Assembly (NCBI RefSeq): GCF_009914755.1
Contig: NC_060932.1
Length of the DNA stretch: 64,000 bases
Source: the human T2T-CHM13v2.0 reference genome, Homo sapiens
Reading direction: 5' to 3' (one strand)
Positions within the stretch are counted from its first letter, which is position 1. Every line of letters begins with the position of its first letter. The position numbers and the translations under genes are program-made. This document shows, one piece after another, positions 59,600 to 64,000 of this stretch. The notes under the pieces were generated by a model. It saw only the letters and a program-made list of their open reading frames with translations, was not told the origin of the DNA and did not search any database.

Positions 59600-59765
59600 A
59601 TCCACAATATTCCTTTGAGGTGAATTCTCACAACCATTTTTACAGATGATGAAGTTGAGGCTAAGGAGGCTCAGTGGCTTTCCTAAAACTAGACAAGTAG
59701 CAAAGGAGGGTACTGGGCCCTGGTTTTCTACTGCCTGAGCTCCTCCATATTTTACTATATCATAA
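59600..59765 (-). mobile_element. MIR
   Basis: ccattttacagatgatgaagttgaggct core, ttcctaa..., ttactatatcata. Confidence 0.8.
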
Positions 59766-60021
59766 TAAAGCCCAACTGCATTCTATATCTATTATATCTT
59801 TTGAGTACCTTTATATATTCAACTATATACAATTATGTTTTATTATAAATGTACCACAAACTCTTATTATCTCAGGTTGTTTCAACCAATACTCGCTTTT
59901 AATTTAGACTTATACCCAATCAGTACTTAACATTTATAAAGATGTACTAAAGTGGAGTGAAATTGGAATATTTAGCTGAATGGCAGTGATTCATCAAAAT
60001 TAACTTGAAAGACATCTTTAC

Positions 60022-60620
60022 TCTTTTATTACAGAAAATACAACCACACACATAAATATAGAGAGCGCTGTAGTATAATGGACCCACATGTACAATTATC
60101 AACCCAGAGCCACTACTGTTTTATCCATACTCTCCAATCCTCTCAAATTATTTTGAAGTAAATTCCAGACAGCAAAACATTTCATCTGCAACCATTTCAG
60201 TATGAAATAGTGGCAATATGATGAAACATAACAGCAATTCTATTATTATACATAGAACCATAAAAACTGTAGCATATCAACAAATCACAAGTCAGTATCT
60301 ACATTTCCCTGATTGTCTTATGATATTTTAAAGTACTTGTTTTAAACCAAATAAAAATTCATTTTTAGAGATTATTTTTATGTCTCTTAAATCTCCTTTA
60401 ATCTATAGATTTTTTTTCCTCTCTATTTCTTATCTGATATTGTTTTATAACAAAATAGGCTTTTTTCCTTCTATAAAGCGTGCTATAGTCTGGATTTTGT
60501 TGCTGCAACCACACAATATCATTTAACAGGTTTTTCTGACCATTGTATATCCTGTAACTTTGGTCATTCGATCCAAATGCTTGGTTATATTCAGGCATGA
60601 TTTTCTGGCAATACATATCT
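60022..60620 (-). mobile_element. L1MC4/5-like 3' UTR
   Basis: attattttgaagtaaattccagaca, tatgtctcttaaatctc, agtctggattttg, tattcagg motifs. Confidence 0.75.
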
Positions 60621-61933
60621 TTTGAATAATGTAATATGAAAAATTTGACCGAGGTTTCTAATTTATGTAATGTTCTTCCAAGACACTTTTAATCATTGAG
60701 CTACAATTAAATTACTTTGGCAGGGTATATTTATATTTTTAGTTTTCTGTGTAGTGTAGTTTAGCATTTTGTGTTTTGGGACGTTTTCAATAGCAATTTT
60801 GTTGCTGTAGTTGACACAGAGATTTTGATATTCTGGAGTACTTGTGCCACCTTCATAACTTTTTTTGTGGATTTTTCTGGGCACAGTATCTGTAGATTCC
60901 AACAACAACAGTAATAATCCTTGTTTTTCTTTAAAAATATCACGATGCTTTATTAAACTGACGGTACCCTGATTTCTTTACTGCCAAGCTCTGTTTATTT
61001 GAAGGCAAGCCAATACCCAATGGTCAAATACGAAAGAATGACATAAATATTCTTGAAGGATTTAGAGTTTGAAATGAATACATTTGGATGCTTATTGTTG
61101 TCTCCCTTCTCACTTCCTAGATGAGCAAATTTTACTGAAATTAAAGAAAACTGTATCAAGGTGCCTTTTTTTCTATATTATCCCTTAGAATGGAGAGAAT
61201 AAAGCATCCAAAATCATAAAATGTCACTGAAGCTGGTGACAGCATTGGTATACTCTCATGCCCCGTTTTATACATGAGAAGGCATATTTTCATGCTTTCT
61301 CTGACGAAAGGAGAAAGAAAGGCATTGCTCTGTTTCCTACACTCAAATAACACACATGAAGTCACTTTATTTCAGGCAACTTTCCACTAAGAGGCAGAGC
61401 AAATGAGACTAAAAATTTATGAGAAAACCAGGGGCTAAAATGCCCAGAGATTCAGAGTCTGACCTCAGTGCCTTGAATTAGAATTCAAAGTAAACAGAAA
61501 GCAGTTCAGAATGCAGGATGTGTGCTTAATATATTCCATTCAGTTCACTGCCAGAAATGAATTGTTGCATTGTGTGCAAGTCAAAGCATCCAGGAGTAAT
61601 TCAAGGATGGGCTCAAGTAGAGGGCATCACAGTAGTCCATTTAGGACATCAGAAAAACAACACAGGCTATATCTGCAAGGCCAGGTAGCTGAAGAACATT
61701 CTGTGAAACACCAATGAACATCTAGACTTACTCATTGAATATTTAGTTTTTTAGGACTAGGATTTTAGAAACAATAAATCTTTAAGTCAAAAGGCAAATG
61801 CCTTGTTTTCAAAGGAAATGAATGCGGCAGAAAACAGATGAAAACTTTCAGAATTGGTCTTTGGTGTGGGCTCCAATTACCATGAAATTCTGAAATAACT
61901 AGAGATGGGGTTATTGAATTAGTAACCACTCGT

Positions 61934-62209
61934 TAAATATGAGCAATATGTACAAGTATGGAACATTTTTAAGTTTGATATTATGCATTACAGTAAATTA
62001 CACTAAATATATGAACAATATATACATGTATGGCACATTTTTAAGTTTGATATTATGCATTACAGTAAATTACAGTAAATATATGAACAATATATACAGG
62101 TATGGAACATTTTTAAGTTTCATATGCATTACAGTAAATTCCCTAAATATATGAACAATATATACATGTACAGAACATTCTTAAGTTTGATATTACACAT
62201 TATAGAAAA
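61934..62209. repeat. AT-rich minisatellite, ~72-bp unit, ~3.9 copies
   Basis: Units start at 61934, 62004, 62076 and 62144; consensus taaatatatgaacaatatatacatgtatggaacatttttaagtttgatattatgcattacagtaaattacac. Confidence 0.95.
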
Positions 62210-64000
62210 CTCTTAATATAGCAAACTGGTAATTACCACTAAGGTTCTTACAGTAAATTGTAGAAAAGATAATTTACTTCGGCGCACACAAAATATCTCT
62301 AAAAACCCAGCTTTTAAATGGAAGGCAATTTGACTGATACGCACAGCATTTTCACCATTGACTGGTACAATAAATAGCTTTGAGATTTTTGGTTATCACA
62401 TTTCAAATCCCCAGCAGTAATTGAACAAATTAGAAGGGATTTGCTCTTGGTAAAGTATTTGATCTTAGGTAAATTATAATTTCCTTTCGAACAGGTAGAA
62501 ATCTGAAATAGTATTTTAATGTTAAATTATATATATATGCCAATTACACATTTAGACTAAGTGTTACAATATTCAATGTTTTAAAATTTTATACAACAGT
62601 TTTAAGAGACTTCTAGGTTGAGACCTAATTGGAGAAAATGTTCTAAGTGCAAGATTATCTCTCCTGACCTGGTTCTTCTCCATGTAAAAGTGAGCTGGAG
62701 AAGCCTAAGGCAAACTTCTGTGACCTGTCAATTTAATAATAAAAGTTTGTTATCTATTTGAGTTTTCCATAAATTGCCACTGTATTTTTGTATGTGGGAT
62801 AATGGATTAAAATTTTGTTATAAATACTCAGTAAGGATTAAATATAAAATGTTCTTAAAACGTAATTGTGGAAAAAATTAAAGGAGGAGAATAAAAATGG
62901 CTAATTTATATATTTTAATTGAGATTCATCATAATATAATTTCCCTGAAATGAATTTAAAAGATTTTTAAATTAACTATTACATGTCTGAAGTTCAAATT
63001 TAACTATTTGTTCTGCATAAAGACAGTATAGCAAAGAAGAAACATTATTTAAAATTACTATAATTAGAAAACTGTTTACCACAGTGATTCTGTGATTTCT
63101 GAAGTTATCTTTTTGCATATTTAAGTATTATAAAATAGCACCAAAAAGTACATTATAGATAAGAATAAAATATACTGTATAAAAGTAGAGATACTGTGGC
63201 ACTACATCAAAACACTAAAAATTTCCAACAAAACTTATCCAGGAGAGGAAATATTCAAAACAGAAATGAATTCATTTCAAATATCAAAATAACTTTTGTA
63301 CAGACAGGAAAATAATAGGCCTTCTTCTATATAAATCCTGTTATTGTTTGTGATGCATTTTATAGTATCAGTTTTTCATTTTTGTGCCAATAACTGATCA
63401 TCTTTCTGCTGTGAAATATTGTACTCACTGTATTAAGCAAATACTGTAATAGTTGTTGAATATTTTACCTGACTCTGCACAGAAATCCCACTAGTAACTT
63501 TTCTTATTAGTATACTTTCATCTTCCACTTACATACCCAGTCATCCTTCTCCAAAATATTAGTAGAAGTATTCCAAGAATCTTTTGGGAAAATATTCTTT
63601 GATCCTGGGCATCTTTACTGGAAGAAACTTACCTGCATTATTAATGAACACAATGTAATTAAATCTAAACCATTTACACTTTTAATTTGAAGTTGTATTG
63701 CTTCATAATTAACCCAAACGGAGGAAAAGGTAATTAATTTTTCAGGCAACAATTTCATTGCATAAAGTTACATATCAATTAATACGTGTATTAAATTGCC
63801 AGTAGTGTTTTGAAAAATTAATTTGCTCCCAAACTTTCAGAGCAGCAGAAATTTTGTCAGTGTCGTCTCAATGTCAAGTAATTCACAAGTAAAACACAGA
63901 GTGAATTTAATTACAATAATCACTATGAATATAATTATGATTCTATTTAACATTTCTTATTTGAGCCTACCATCCTCATGTTTAAGGTATAACCAGATAG

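Noticed and set aside
61934-62209. CRISPR-like array or repeat protein
   Set aside because: Contiguous tandem units with no unique spacers, no cas genes, primate context.

Overview
AT-rich primate (human-like) genomic DNA, intronic or intergenic in character. It is dominated by interspersed repeats: 15 Alu loci (J, S and Y types, many with readable target-site duplications), young and ancient L1 fragments, L2 and MIR remnants, seven LTRs (MER34/39-like, MLT2B-like, MSTA/THE1D-like, MLT1E-like, LTR16C-like, MER67/31-like, THE1A-like) and DNA-transposon relics (half-MADE1, MER81, MER47A/B, Tigger2a, MER8, MER44A, MER5A), plus microsatellites and a 72-bp minisatellite. I recognise no protein-coding gene, RNA gene or CRISPR/prokaryotic system. 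The supplied ORFs are repeat-derived or chance; the only real protein homology is a dead L1 ORF2p C-terminus. Subfamily names come from recalled consensus sequences and need RepeatMasker/Dfam confirmation. The best leads are: (i) well-formed, mostly non-coding minus-strand exon candidates, one ~1 kb downstream of a MaLR LTR that retains its splice donor; (ii) an ERVL LTR with a mutated poly(A) signal followed by a strong donor; (iii) a small CpG/CCAAT promoter-like island at ~40.8-41.4 kb; (iv) two apparent templated-insertion scars (~11.1-11.5 kb; 51.8/53.8 kb). All are hypotheses; nothing here demonstrates a new biological system.
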